The translations under genes and the position numbers were made by a program. Below are positions 1 through 14,442 of a DNA stretch of 64,000 nt, in pieces. The stretch's first letter is position 1. Each line of letters opens with the position of its first letter. The stretch spans positions 25,696,436 to 25,760,435 of the forward strand of contig CM119263.1 of the NCBI GenBank assembly GCA_051294375.1, written 5' to 3'. The DNA comes from Paraspadella gotoi (lineage: Eukaryota > Animalia > Chaetognatha). The notes below the pieces were generated by a model. It was not told the DNA's origin, searched no databases, and saw nothing but the letters and a program-made list of their open reading frames with translations.

Positions 1-352
1 GAGAAAAACCCAGAGAGGGCGTGCCGTTTGGCAAGGAGGCGCCACGATCGCGTGGGCGGGCGACGCCGAGGTCGGCGTAACGTCCGTGGCGCCAATTGGC
101 ATCGAGGTGGGCGCCGCGAGCGAAGTGGCGGCGCCAGAAACAAGGCTCGAAGGATCGGCATCGGGTCGGAGTGGGCGGAGGGGCGTGGTCGATGCTGGGA
201 GGAGTTTGAATTGGCGAGGGTCGCTGGAGTGGAGAGGGTGACGTTTGGCAGCCTGAGTAATTACAGTTGGTTGGGTTTGTTAATGTAGTAAATCGCCGTG
301 TTTTCGTTATTATTATTTAGATTATCGGAAAAACCCGCAAAGAAGCTTTTAT

Positions 353-643
353 TGTTAAGAGTAAAGTTTGGAGTTAGTTGAGGGTCTGGGCCTTATCGTA
401 AGAAGAAGATAGAAAGTATGGGTTAAACAGTTTAAGTGTTTAAGTGTTTATTGTCTAAAAGTCCTGGGCGGATAAGGTTAGTAGAAAAAGGCATCAGTCG
501 AAGGAGAGATACAGAGTCTTCTACTGCTCGACCATCGGAGGAAGGATGAAGGATTGTGGTTAAAGTCAATAAAGTTAAAGTTTAAACTTACTTAAACTTA
601 AACTTAAACAATAAACGACCTCTCTCTCTGATTCTTTCCTTCA
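353..643 (+). mobile_element. Possible LTR-like segment abutting the F-box ORF
   Basis: Starts TGTTAAG and ends TTCA, with AATAAA motifs about 30-75 bp from the right end and AAACTT repeats. No PBS, PPT or second independent LTR seen; the copy at about 6275-6600 belongs to the tandem duplication. Confidence 0.25.
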
Positions 644-664
644 GAAACCGAAATCGCTCCGTCA

Positions 665-1138
665 TCACTGAGGCCGCGTTTTCAGCGCCACCAATCGACA
701 GTTCCGTGTCGTTGTCCACCAACTCTTCGAAGCGCCATCTTTGTCCGTGGCGCCGCTCTTCGACGCGTCCCCTCCGCCCATCTCCCGGTCCCTGAAGTCA
801 ACGCCGTTTTCGGGCGCCGTCGACTCGTTGCTGACCCAATCCGGCGGCGCGTAATTCGGCGCCTTGCTCTTTTGCCCAACAAAATTGAAAGAGGCCGACC
901 ACAAGAGTCCCTGGCCGGCGCCGTCGCTGCATTTGCCTCCTGAACGCGGCAAGCCTCGTCGACGGCACACTTCGAGCCAAACCTCGTCGCGATCGATCCG
1001 ATCTCGCCACAGGCTGCAACAGAGCGAGCAGTTGGCCAGATCAGCGGCGTCCAGCCGCTTGAAGATCTCGAAGCCGATCTCTGGAGGAAGGCGGGAGCAA
1101 AAGTCTAGACCCTCCACGTCTCTGCTCGCGGTTTCCAT
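665..1138 (-). CDS. F-box domain protein (intronless, possibly truncated)
   Basis: ATG at 1138; F-box motif DFCSRLPPEIGFEIFKRLDAADLANCSLCCSLWRDRIDRDEVW. No recognisable substrate-binding domain. The C-terminus is uncertain because of indels between the two copies. Confidence 0.7.
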   Translation of the reverse strand: METASRDVEGLDFCSRLPPEIGFEIFKRLDAADLANCSLCCSLWRDRIDRDEVWLEVCRRRGLPRSGGKCSDGAGQGLLWSASFNFVGQKSKAPNYAPPDWVSNESTAPENGVDFRDREMGGGDASKSGATDKDGASKSWWTTTRNCRLVALKTRPQ

Positions 1139-1990
1139 GTCTGCCGCGTGCCGAGAACCGGGATCGAACCCCGGACCTTGAATAGTCTTCGTCGGAAGTT
1201 TGTAGAAGAGGAAACGGGCAAGGACGGATTCTCTATACTGAGAGTTTGGACGAGACATAAAGACTCGATAGAAATTCTTCATATCTTTCCGATCTTGAAC
1301 GAGACAAGGTCGTTAACGGCGAATCAAAGTTCAGTGAACTTTGTAGTTTCGCCCCTACACGTTTAAGTTGAATAACAGAACGAACATTTTGTTTTGATTC
1401 ATACTTGATCTTTATTTTTATTTCCCAACAAAATTACTCGGTACAAAATAAAAAGATAATAAGTATTAAGGATATTTTTTGCCAAATATTTCGACTTATC
1501 AGTGGTAAAAGATTTAACAACTGATGATGACTTCAAAAAATAAGTCGATATATTTGCACAGCCTCTCCATAGTGAAAATACAAATAATACTGACAGTACT
1601 CACAGTGCGTTTGATGATTTTTAAAGAAAAAGATATTAAATTTTAAAAGCTTCAGTTCGAATCCTTGCTCATCTCTTTTTAATTTTTTTTTTGCAAATTA
1701 ATATTCATAGAAATAAATCCAACAAACTTTGTTATTTTCCTTTTACTCTGAGCTGACTGGTTAATACATCACATCAAAAACTAACACCTTTTGCATCGTA
1801 ATTAGTAATTTTAATCTTTTTTTAATCGAGTAACCATGAAAAACAACGCGGGTCAAAAGAATCACATTCGCTGAAATTGAATTCTCAAAAACAAAAACAA
1901 ATTTGGTTAGTTTGTTGACTAAGAATAGTTTCATGAAAAGATCACTCCATGTTTTAAACTTTATCTTTTTTAAATTTGTGGGCGAGGAAG

Positions 1991-2530
1991 TCAGGCGCGT
2001 CCCACCACGAAATTTTTTCTCATTTCCTTTTCCTTCTTCAAGTTGATGATGCCTCTGACGACGACGGGACGCTCCATCCCTCCGTAGACACCTTGCGTAG
2101 TCATCACCGTCTTCACCTCCGCCACGGCTCCCACCTTGCTCGCCACGAAATTGTCGTAGGCCAGACTCTTGCGCTTCTGCTCCAAGGCGTGATCTATGAA
2201 GGCGCGCTTGAGCCTTTCCAGCTCTTCCTGCAGAGAGGTGACGCGCTGTTCGAGGTTCTTGTTCTCCCCTCTCAACTCGACGAGCCGTTGCTCCGTCGCG
2301 TGCGTCTTGGCTTTGCTGCGTTCCCTGGACTTGCGCACGGCGGCGTTGTTGCGGCTCCTTTTGAAATTATATTCGCTGACGGCGTCGTCCGCCTCGCTGC
2401 CCGAGTCCGTGGCGAGCGAGGACGGAACCGGCGACACCACCGAGCGCCGGCTCGGAACCCGGCGCCGCTTTTGTCCAATCGTAGCCACCTCGCCGTCCGT
2501 CGGCGTGGCGTATTGGTTGTGATTTGTCAT
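1991..2530 (-). CDS. C/EBP-family bZIP transcription factor (intronless, C/EBP-gamma-like)
   Basis: Basic region EYNFKRSRNNAAVRKSRERSK followed by leucine zipper LVELRGENKNLEQRVTSLQEELERLK. First ATG at 2530 (the ORF-track start is TTG). Confidence 0.9.
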   Translation of the reverse strand: MTNHNQYATPTDGEVATIGQKRRRVPSRRSVVSPVPSSLATDSGSEADDAVSEYNFKRSRNNAAVRKSRERSKAKTHATEQRLVELRGENKNLEQRVTSLQEELERLKRAFIDHALEQKRKSLAYDNFVASKVGAVAEVKTVMTTQGVYGGMERPVVVRGIINLKKEKEMRKNFVVGRA

Positions 2531-2714
2531 CTTCTGTGATGTTGTGGCCAATGTATTTTTTCAACGAATTAAATCTTTTAACTTCAGATCAACGAGTAGC
2601 ATATGATATGAGAGGAAATAACGCAATGATGAGATCGCAGGAATGTCGTAGACAGTTTGTCTCTTTCGAGTGAAGAAATTCGCTATAACCGTTTAGAAAA
2701 CATTTTGTCGATGG

Positions 2715-2977
2715 TTTATATTTAGAGTTTCTTTTCAAGAAGTCCTATGTCACCTCATGGACATTAGCTGAAACAGTTTGAAATTTTTGGAGTAAATTAC
2801 GTCGTATTTCAGGAGTCAGCGAAGTGCTACGCAATAACTGATCGTACGACAAATAGACAACAAAGTTCGAGAATGAGTCAGGTTCCTCCGGTTTTTTCGT
2901 TTCTCGGCAAGATTGCGCAATCCTCAGAAATGTGATAAGAGAGGACCTTTTGTTGACGGAATTTACGGGAAAATTCT
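2715..2977 (-). promoter_or_regulatory. Putative C/EBP gene promoter: TATA-like box, C/EBP, AP-1 and kB-like sites
   Basis: TATAAA on the minus strand near 2716-2721; perfect palindrome GATTGCGCAATC 2911-2922; TGAGTCA 2874-2880; CTACGCAAT near 2827; GGGAAAATTC near 2967. Confidence 0.55.
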
Positions 2978-3088
2978 GGCAACTTCTAGATGTCGCTGGG
3001 TAGCGATCACGACTTCAAGAAAAAACAAAAAGCTATCGTATTGTAATTGTAGAATATTTATTATACGTATTTAATGATTTGTATACTA

Positions 3089-3553
3089 GTAGCCATAGCC
3101 GATGAAATTTAAATGCTAATGTATACAGCGTTAAAATAATCTATCATTACAATAGATTATGGTATTAAAATATTTTTTGTCAAAAATGCTTTCTTCTGAG
3201 GGTACTAGCCTAATTAAAGATATTATATTACTATATAGAGCAAAAAATATTTTTTTAAAATCTTAAAATTTTTTGATGGATTCTGATAGACCATAAAAAG
3301 TTAAACAAGAAATATAATTACAGCTTTTAAAAATTATTTCGTTTTCTAAGTAAAAATATAAAAAAACTGATAAAATCATCAAAAGATGATGATGATGATG
3401 ATTTTTTACGGTTTTTCTTATTTTTGACACACTTATAGTAAAAATATTCAGTCAAAACTATATAAAAAAGCGTAATAATAACGACGATGACGACGTTACA
3501 AAGAAGCTGAGCCGAAGCTAAATCTAGCTTAAGCCCGTCTGGCGAGATAAAAA
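3089..3553 (+). repeat. Dispersed AT-rich repeat family A (starts GTAGCCATAGCC)
   Basis: Similar sequence at about 35841-36600 (+) and 29790-30293 (-). The 3' end GCCCGTCTGGCGAGATAAAAAT recurs at about 21848. Confidence 0.75.
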
Positions 3554-4279
3554 TAATTCCGTAGAATTTGTAAACTCCCTCGAAGTCTTCAAGGAAGAGA
3601 GCATGCTTTGCCGTAGAGAATGATGGAGGACGGGTGATATCTGATATATATATCGCGAGAAAAAAATTAATGAATGAAATTAATCTTGATTCAATAACCA
3701 ATATGCGATAATCCAGCGATAATCTCGAATGAAAAATGACGTAAATTACCGACATTAAAACTATTGCAGAGAGGGATACATCAAACAAATATGGATAAAA
3801 TACGTTATTAATTATTGGGAACTAAAGAAAGTCGTTTTTTCATAAAATAATGACAACCAATATCATTTCACAAATAAGCTGAGTCCTCCATCACTCTTAC
3901 AAGATAAAAACATTGCAGGACCTTCAAACTTCAATTAAGAGTACTTGGCTTCCCTATCATTGAAGTGGTGAAAACCGTAAAATATTTTAAAGAATGAATC
4001 AATTGTATAAAAGGACCGCTCCCATAAGTATTAAATTGGGGATTACTATATTGTACACCGCACTAGCATCAAAATACGAGGAGATGACTGTTACTGCAAT
4101 TTAACAATTTTCTGTTTTTATCAACAACTGAAAAAAATATTTATTATTTCAAAACTTAAACTCAATCTTTTTAATTTTAATTGTCTTTTATTATTGATTT
4201 TGTCGACGTCGTCATTGTAGTCGTCGCCGTGCGTGTCGTCGAAAATGTAGATTATGTGACTCGAATCTACAAAGCCGCG

Positions 4280-4436
4280 CTGGAACAGTCTGGAAGTTCC
4301 TCGAAAATAGCCGAAACTTCGAAAGAACCGAATCGAACGTCGAAAAGTTTTCTCCGCAGTCTTTTGGTTGCCAGTCGCTTCTCGAATCTTCTACGAGATT
4401 CTACCTCATTCTCCACTCGCCGATAGAGTATAAAAG
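4280..4436 (+). promoter_or_regulatory. HSP70 promoter with heat-shock elements and TATA box
   Basis: Perfect TTCnnGAAnnTTC at 4379-4391; further nGAAn arrays at 4290-4325; TATAAAAG at 4429-4436. Confidence 0.85.
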
Positions 4437-4640
4437 CTCGAAGGTTGAGTCGCTAAATAACATATCAAGCAAAGGAAAATCTAAAAAACGACAAAAGAGC
4501 AACGCCAAACTCGAATACTACTACTGCTTTACCAAAAAGTCATATTCAACTTACTCTTTAACTAAATTACGTCGAATACATTCTCGAGAATCAATACTAA
4601 AAATTTTTTTTATATATTCCCAACTCTAAACAAACAAATC

Positions 4641-6273
<1,633 letters not shown>

Positions 6274-6619
6274 TATTGTTAAAATGAGTAAAGAGGTTTT
6301 GGAAGTTAGTTGAGGGGCTGGCCTCATCGTGAAAGAGAAGAACAGAAAGTATGAGGGGTTAGAGCAACAGTTTAAGTGTTTAACGTGTTTGTATTGTCTA
6401 AAAGTCCTGGGCGGAGTAAAGGGTTAGTAGGAAAAAAGGGTCGGTCACAAGGATGAGATAACAGATTCTTCTCAACTGGACTGACCATCGGAGAAGGATG
6501 AAGGATTGTGGTTAAAGTCAATAAAGTTTAAAGTTTAAAAACACTTAACTTAAACTTAAACTTAAACAATAAACGCTCTCTTCTCTGATTCTTATCCTCA
6601 GAAACCCGGAATCGATGCA

Positions 6620-7185
6620 CCGCTCCGTCACACTGAGGCCGCGGTTTGTCACGCCATCCACACAACTCGAACAGTTCGATGTCGTTGTCCACCGAACGAT
6701 TCCTTTTGAAACGCTTCTCTTTGTCATGCGCGGGCAGGCCGACTCTTCGACGCGTCCCGCATGCGCTCCATCTCTCCAGTGCCCGTGAAGGTCAACGCCG
6801 TTTTCGGGGGCGCCGTCTGACTCGTGTGCTAGAGACCATCGACTGCACGGCAGGCTCGATAATTCGGTCGCCTTGCTCTTTATTGCGTCCACAACAAAAT
6901 TCGGAAAGAGGCGACCACAAGAGTCCTTGGCGCGACCTCGACTGCATTTTCCCTCGCTGAACGCGGCAAGCCCTCGTCAGACGGAGAGCACATCTTCCAT
7001 AGCCAACCTCGTCGCGATCGGATCCGATCTCGGGCCACAGGCTTGCAACAGAGCGAGCAGTTGGCCAGATCACGGCCGAGTCGGCACGAGGCCGCTTGAA
7101 GATCTCGGAAGCGCATCTCTGGTAGGAAGCGGAGCAAAAGTTCTATAACACCCTCCGGTCTGCTGCCGCGGCGCGCATTTGCCAT
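6620..7185 (-). pseudogene. Frameshifted second copy of the F-box gene
   Basis: Fragments such as DLANCSLCC and APENGVD fall in shifting frames. Confidence 0.6.
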
Positions 7186-8127
7186 GTCGTGCGCACTGCC
7201 GAGCCGAAGAAGCCGGGATACGACCCCAGGACCTTGAATAGTCTTCGTCGGAAGTTTGTAGAAGAGGAAAACGGGGCAAGACGGAATCTATACTGGACCG
7301 AGTTTGGGACGAGACATAAAAGAACTACGATAGAAATTCTTCGAATCTTTCGATCTTAGAGCCGAGACAAGGTCGTTTAACAAGCGGAATCAAAAGTTCA
7401 GTGTGAACTTTTGTAGTTTCGCCCGCTACAACGTTTTAAGGTTGAATAACAGAACGAACATTTTGTTTTGATTTCATCCTTCGATCTTATTGTAATTGTA
7501 AATTTCCCACAAAATTAACTTCGGTAGCAAAATAAAGATAATAAGTTATAAGGACATTTTTTGCGCAAATATTTCGACTTCATAGTGGTAAAAAGATTAA
7601 CCAAACTGAGGATGACTTTCAAAAATAAGTCGATATATTTGCACAGCCCTCTCCATAGTAGCAAAATACGAAAATGAATACTGATAGTACTGCACAGTCA
7701 GTAAGATTTTGGATGATTTTTAAAGAAAAAGATATTTAAATTTTACAAAAAGCTTCAGTTTGGCAATCCTTGCTCATAATCTCTTATTTAAAATTTTTTT
7801 GCAAAATTAATATTCATAAGAAATAAATCCAACAAACTTTGTTAGTTTTTCCTTTTACTACTGAAGCTGACTGTGAATACATCACATCAAAAAACTAACA
7901 CCAATTTTTTTTTTTTGCATCGTAATTAAGTATTTTAATACTTTTTTTTAATCGAGTAAGCATGAAAAAAACCAACGCGGGTCAGAAAGACAACATTCGC
8001 TGAAATTGAAATTCTCAAAAACAAAAACAATTTGGTTAGTTTTTGAGCTAAGAAGTAGTGTTCATGAAAGATCACTCCATGTTTTAAACTTTGATTTTGT
8101 TTTAAAATTTGTGATCGATGGAAGTCA

Positions 8128-8699
8128 GCGGCGCGTCCCACAACACGAAATTTTTTCTCATTTCCTTTTCTTTCTTCAAGTTGATGATGCCTCGACGACG
8201 ACGGGACGCTCCAGTCCTCCGTAGACGCCTTGCGTAGTCATACACTCCAGTCCTTCACCTCCGCCACGCGGCTCCCTACCTTGCTCGCACACGAAATTGT
8301 CGTAGGCCAGACTCTTGCGCTTACTGCTTCCAAGGCGTGATCTATGAAGGCGTCGCTGAGCCATTTCCAGCTCTTCTGCAGAGAGTGATGACCGCTGTTC
8401 GAGGTCTTGTTCTCCCCTCCTCAACTCGACGAGCCGTATCGCTCCGTCGCGTGGGCGTCTTGGCTTTGCTGCGTTCCCTGGACTTGCCGCAACTCGGCGG
8501 CGTTGTTGCGGTCTCCTTTTGAAATTGATATATCGCTGACGGCGTCGTCCGCCTCGCTGCCCCGAGGAGGGCAGAGCCGAGGACAGAACCGGCGACACAC
8601 CGACCCGATGAGCGCCGCTCGAACCCCGGCGCCGCTTTTTGTCCGCATCGTAGCCACCTCGCCGTCCGTCCGCGTGGCGTATTGCTTGTGATTTGTCAT
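8128..8699 (-). pseudogene. Frameshifted second copy of the C/EBP bZIP gene
   Basis: MTNHKQYATRTDGEVAT ... KRKSLAYDNFV fragments fall in different frames. Confidence 0.7.
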
Positions 8700-10897
8700 C
8701 TTCTGTGAATGTTTGTGGCCAATGTAATTGTTTTCAACGAATTAAATCTTTTAAACTTCAGATCAACTGAGTAGCAATATGATATGAGATAGGAAATAAC
8801 TCGCAATGAATGAGAGATCGCAGGAATGTCGTAGACAGTTTTTGTCTCTTTCGACGTGAAGAAATTCGATATAGGCCGTTTTAGAAAACATTTTGTCGAT
8901 GGTTTATATTTAGAGTTTCTTTTCAAGAAGTCACTATGTCACCTCATGGACATTAGCTGAAACAGTTTGAAAATTTTTGAGTAAAATTACGTCGTATTTC
9001 AGGGAGTCAAGCGAAGTGCTACGCAATAACTGATCGTACGACAAAGTAGACAACAAAGTTCGATGAAAGAATGAGTCAGGTTCCCTCCGGTTTTTTCAGT
9101 ATTTCTCGGCAGATTGCGCAATGCTCAGAAAATGTGATAAGAGAGGACACTTTTGTTGACGAAAATTTACGGGAAAATTCTGGCAACTTCTAGATGTCGC
9201 CTCGGGTAGCGATCACGACTTCAAGAAAAAAACAAAAAGCTATCGTATTGTAATTGTAGAATATTTATTATATACGTATTTAATGATTTGTATACTAGTA
9301 GCAAATAGCCGATGATTTAAAATGCTAATGGTATAACAGCGTTAAAATAATCTATCATTACAATAGATTATGGTATTAAAAATATTTTTTGTCAAAAATG
9401 CTTTCTCTGAGGGGTACTAGCCTAATTCAAAGATATTATATTACTATATAGAGGCAAAAAAGATTTTTTTAAAAATCTAAAAAAATTTTTTGATGGATTC
9501 TGATAGACCATAAAAATGTTAAACAAGAAATAAATTAACAGCTTTTTAAAAAATTATTTCGTTTTCTAAGTAAAAAATAATAAAAAACTGTAAATCATCA
9601 AAGATGATGATGATGATGTTTTTTACGTTTTTCTTATTTTTTGAACACACTTAATAGTAAACAACTATCTCAGTAAAACTTAATAAAAAATGCTATAAAA
9701 CGACGATGACGACGTATACAAAAGAAGCTGAGCCAAGCTAAATCTAGCTTAAGACCCGTCTGGCGAAGATAAAATAATTCCCGTGATTTGTAACTCCTCG
9801 AGTCTCAAGGAAGAAGAGCATCGCTTTGCCGTGAGAAGAATTGATGGAGGGACGGGTGATATCTGATATATAGTATCGCGATTAAAAAAATTAATGGAAT
9901 GACAATTAATTCTTTGATTCAATAACCAATATGCGATAATCCCAGCTGATAATCAGAAATAAAAATGACAGTAAATTACCGACATTAAACTATTGCGAGA
10001 GGGATACATCAAACAAATATGGGATAAAATACGTTATTAATTTATTGGGAACTAAGAAAGTCGTTTTTTTTCAATAAAATTTAATGACAACCAATTAATC
10101 ATTTTCAACAAATAAGCTGAGTCTCATCACTCTTACAAGATAAACATTGCAGGACCATTCAAACTTCAATAAGAGTAACTTGGGCTTCCCTATCATTGAA
10201 GTGGTGAAAACCGTAAAATATTTTAAAGATGAAATCAATTGTATAAAAAGGACCGCTCCCATAAGTATTAAATTGGGATTACTATAATTGTACACCCGCA
10301 CTAGCAATCAAAAATAACGAGGAGATGACTGTTACTCAATTTAACAAATTTTCTGTTTTTATCAACAACTGAAAAATATTTATTATTTCAAAACTTAAAC
10401 TCAATCTTTTTAATTGTAATTGATGCTTTTAATTATGATTTGTCGACGTCGTCATTGTAGTCGTCGCCGTGCGTGTCGTCAAATGTAGATTATGTGACTC
10501 GAATCTAGCAAAGCCGCGCTGGAACAGTCTGGAAGATTCCTCGAAAATAGCACGAAACTTCAAAAGAAACACGAATCGAAACGGTCGAAAAGTTTTCTCC
10601 GCAGTCTTTTTGGTTGCCAGTCGCTTTCTCGAATCTTCTTACGAGAATTCTAACCTCATTCTCTCACTCGCCGATAGAGTATAGAAGAGCTCGAAGGTTG
10701 AGGTCGCTAAATAACATATCAAGCAATAAGGAAAATCTAAAAAACGACAAAAGAGATCGCCAACTCGAATACTAAGCTACTGCTTTACCAAAAAAAGTCA
10801 TAATTCAACTCTACTCTTAACTAAATTACGTCGATACATTCTCGAAATCAATAACTAAAAATTTTTTTTATTTATTCCCCAACTCTAACAAACAATC

Positions 10898-12911
10898 ATG
10901 AAATCTGCCGGCCATCGGCAATCCCGACCCTGGGGACGACCTTACTGGTCCTGCGTGGGCGTCTTCCAACACGGCAAAGTCGAGATCATCGCCACTGATG
11001 CAAGGGAATCGGACGACGCCGTCCTACGTCGCCTTCACGGAACTCGGAACGGCTCGTCGGCGACGCCGCAAGAACCAGGCGGCCGATGAACCCGACCAAC
11101 AAGGTCTTGCGACGCCAAGCGAACTCATCGGGCAGTAAGTTTCGCCGATGCCAACCGTCCACGCGACGTCAAACATCTGGCCATTTCAAGCTCGTCAGCG
11201 ACGGAGGGAAGCCCAAACTCTCTGTTCGAGTACAAAGCCGAGCCGACGAATCCTTCGCGCCAGAGGAGATCTCCTCAATGGTGTTGTACGAAAGATGAAG
11301 GAAGAAACAGCGGAGGCGCTTACCTTCGGGCAGAAGGTCGTCGAACGCTGTGGTGGACGGTGGCCCGCCTACTTCAACGACTCTCAGCGTCAAGCGAACG
11401 AAGACGCCTGGTCATCGCGGGCCTCACGTCCTCCGCGTGATCAACGAACCGACGCGGCGGCGATCGCCTACGGACTCGACCAAAGAAAGAGCCGCGACGA
11501 TAAGACGTCCTCATCTTCGATCTTCGGCGGCGGAAACCGTTCGACGTCTCCGTCCTCAACATGCAGGGCGGGGTGTTCGAGGGTCAAGGCCACCCGGCCG
11601 GTGACACAGCATTCGGCGGCGAAGACTTCGACGCGCGACTCGTCAGACACTTCGTCGACGAATTCAAGCGGAAGAACAAAAAAGGATCCTTCGGGCAACA
11701 AACGCGCGCTATCGGCGGCTGAGGACAGCGTGCGAGCGGCGCAAAAACGGCACGGCCTGTCTTCGTCTGCGCAGGCGCGGTCGAGATCGATCTTTCTTTG
11801 AAGGAATCGACTTCTATTCCAGCATCACTCGCTCGCACGCTTCGAGGAAATGTGCGCCGATCTCTCCGCAGCACGTTGGAGCCGGTGGAGAAGGCGCTTC
11901 TGGACGCCAAGCTGTCCAAAGCGAGACATCACGAAGTGGTTCTCGTCGGCGGCTCCACTCGTATCCCAAGATCCAAAAAGATGCTGCAAAATTTTTCAAC
12001 GGGAAAGAACTAAAACAAATCCATCACCCGGACGAGGCGTCGCCTAATGGCGCCGCAGTCCAAGCCGCATCTGTTGACCGGCGTAAAAGACTCCACAGTC
12101 AAGACGTCTTGCCTCCTCGGACGTGGCGTCCGCCTGACGCTCGGCATCGAGACGGCGGGCGGCGTCATGACGCCGCTCATCAAGGCGCAACACGACGGTG
12201 CCAGACCAAACAGACGCATGACCCTTCACCACCGTACTCCTGACAATCAACCCGGCGTCCTCCAATCGCAAAGGTTTCGAAGGAGAACGCGCCATGACCA
12301 GCAGACAACAACCTCCTGGGCAAAGTTCGAACTGAGCCGGCAATCCCTCATCGGCGGCCGCGCGGCGTCCACGCAGATCGAAGTCCTCCTTCGACGGTCG
12401 ACAGCCAAACGAAAATTCTCAACGTCTCCGCCAAAGAACAAATTCGACGGGGAAACAGAACAACATCACCATCGCCAACGACTCGGGCCGACTCTCCAAG
12501 GAGGAACAATCGATGGGAATGTCCAACGGACGCGGAGAAGTAAACGCCGCGAAGACGAGAAGAATCCGGGAGCGGGTCGCCGCCAAGAACGCCCTCGAGA
12601 GCTACGTGTTCGGAGTCAAGGTCCGCTTTAAGATGAAACGGGATGCAAGGAAAAGATCACGTTTGAGGAGGAAGAAGAATGAAGGTAAGAGCGAGTCCCC
12701 TNNNNNNNNNNNNNNNNNNNNNNNNNGCAAGGATTGCGTCGAGTGGCTCGACAAGAATCACTCGGCAGAGAAGGAGGAGTTTGAGGAGAAGAGGAAGGAA
12801 GTGGAGGAGGTTGTAAGGCCGATCTACAGCAAAGCGCACGGCGGAGGCGGAGGCGGAAACGCGGGCTCGGCGAACGAATACACTTCTCCAACAGTGGAAG
12901 AAGTGGACTGA
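10898..12911 (+). pseudogene. hsp70: HSP70 copy 2 (many indels) carrying the intact C-terminus SPTVEEVD
   Basis: Collinear with copy 1. After the 25-N gap the sequence is clean and ends in the cytosolic EEVD motif with TGA at 12909-12911. Confidence 0.8.
12702..12726. other. Assembly gap (25 N)
   Basis: N run inside the HSP70 3' end. Confidence 0.95.
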
Positions 12912-13649
12912 AGCGAATCTCTATTGTACAAAGATTAAAATTGTCTTATTCATAGTTGACTAGTTTTTCTTGTTTTACTGTATGTCTATTAATAGTGTTT
13001 GTGTTCGTGCCTCTGAAATACACTGTTTTAGTTTGTATATATATGTATTGGGATTGAATGTTTTGTGTAAAATTTTAAAATGTATTAAAATGATCGGTTG
13101 TACAAATATATGCGCATTTTATTTTGGATCTTAAGCTTCAAAATAGTACTTAGTAATTTAAACCATGCATATAAGACGACAATTTGTTAACAGAGCGAAA
13201 TTTCCAACTCCCAAAGTTGTTAAATATTTTCGAAACTAATCATTTCTGATCCAACTTTTTGCTCTTTTGTTTGATGAAGGAGCGAAATTCCAACGCTTTT
13301 GTCTTTTGGTGCCGTTTATGTCGAGGTGAATAATTTCATCGAATGGAGAGTGAGCGACATCGTGCGTTTGTTTAATCATTTATGGCCAGAACAGTGTTTA
13401 CTGATAAGGGTATATTTTCTAATCGTGATCAATTAGTTTTTAAGACGGATAGAAGTTTAAGGGTAATTATTTTTATTATCTACCTCATTCTGCTTTTTTG
13501 ATGTTACAACCAAAAAATCGTACATAGTAGATTCGATTGTTGCGACAATCTTTTCGATCTTCGCCATCCCGTAGTCGCTTCCTCTATTTTAGCGGAATGT
13601 TTTTAAAATCGGAATCCAAAAAAAGGATTTTGTCAAAACGATCGACTCC

Positions 13650-13813
13650 ATCTCTCTTCTCTCTCTCTCTCTCTCTCTCTCGTCTCTCTCATCTCTCTGC
13701 TCTCTCTCTCTCTCTATCTCTCTTCTTTGGCACTTATTGGTCCCAAATTTTGAGTTATCATTCTCCATTCATCTTCTCTCTTCTCTCTCCTCATTCTCTC
13801 TCTATCTCTCTCT

Positions 13814-13844
<31 letters not shown>

Positions 13845-14033
13845 TCCTCTCTTTCTCTCGTTTCTTTTCGGCTTTTTTCCTTTTCAGAAGTCCCGCGGAA
13901 TGTCGTCCCCCTCCTCTCACGATGGGTCATGGTCACCGTTTCGGGAAGGGGGAGAGGAGAGAGAGCAGAGAGAGAGAGAGAGAAGACGAGAAGAGACTNN
14001 NNNNNNNNNNNNNNNNNNNNNNNNNNNNNNNNN

Positions 14034-14066
<33 letters not shown>
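13650..14066. repeat. (CT)n/(GA)n microsatellite region with a 35-N gap at 13999-14033
   Basis: Directly visible. Confidence 0.95.
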
Positions 14067-14070
<4 letters not shown>

Positions 14071-14442
14071 CCTTTCCCCGTTTATCTCTCTCAATCTTCA
14101 TCTTGATTTCGTCAACAAATTCAATTTCTTCCTCCCAATTTTTACCTCGCAAAATTGTTACATTTATTTTATTTGTTACAAGAACAAATTTCGTTTACCT
14201 CTGTTGATGACAACTTAATTGCCACCAATAAACCGCGAAAAGAATTAAAAACAACATTGTCAACAACAAACGATGTCGTATGCATTCCTAAAATATAACT
14301 AAATCGTTTTATAAACGCATAAAATAAAATTGATACAGGCTTACAGCTAAAAAGCACTAAGTCCGCTTTTTTTTATTTTCAAAACAATTCTCATCAAAAA
14401 GAAAACAAAGGAATTTGTTTTGTTTTCCGCGTCTCCGCCGCC

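Noticed and set aside
3327-3788. 153-aa hydrophobic minus-strand ORF
   Set aside because: Non-ATG start, AT-rich, overlaps dispersed repeat family A, no recognisable motif.
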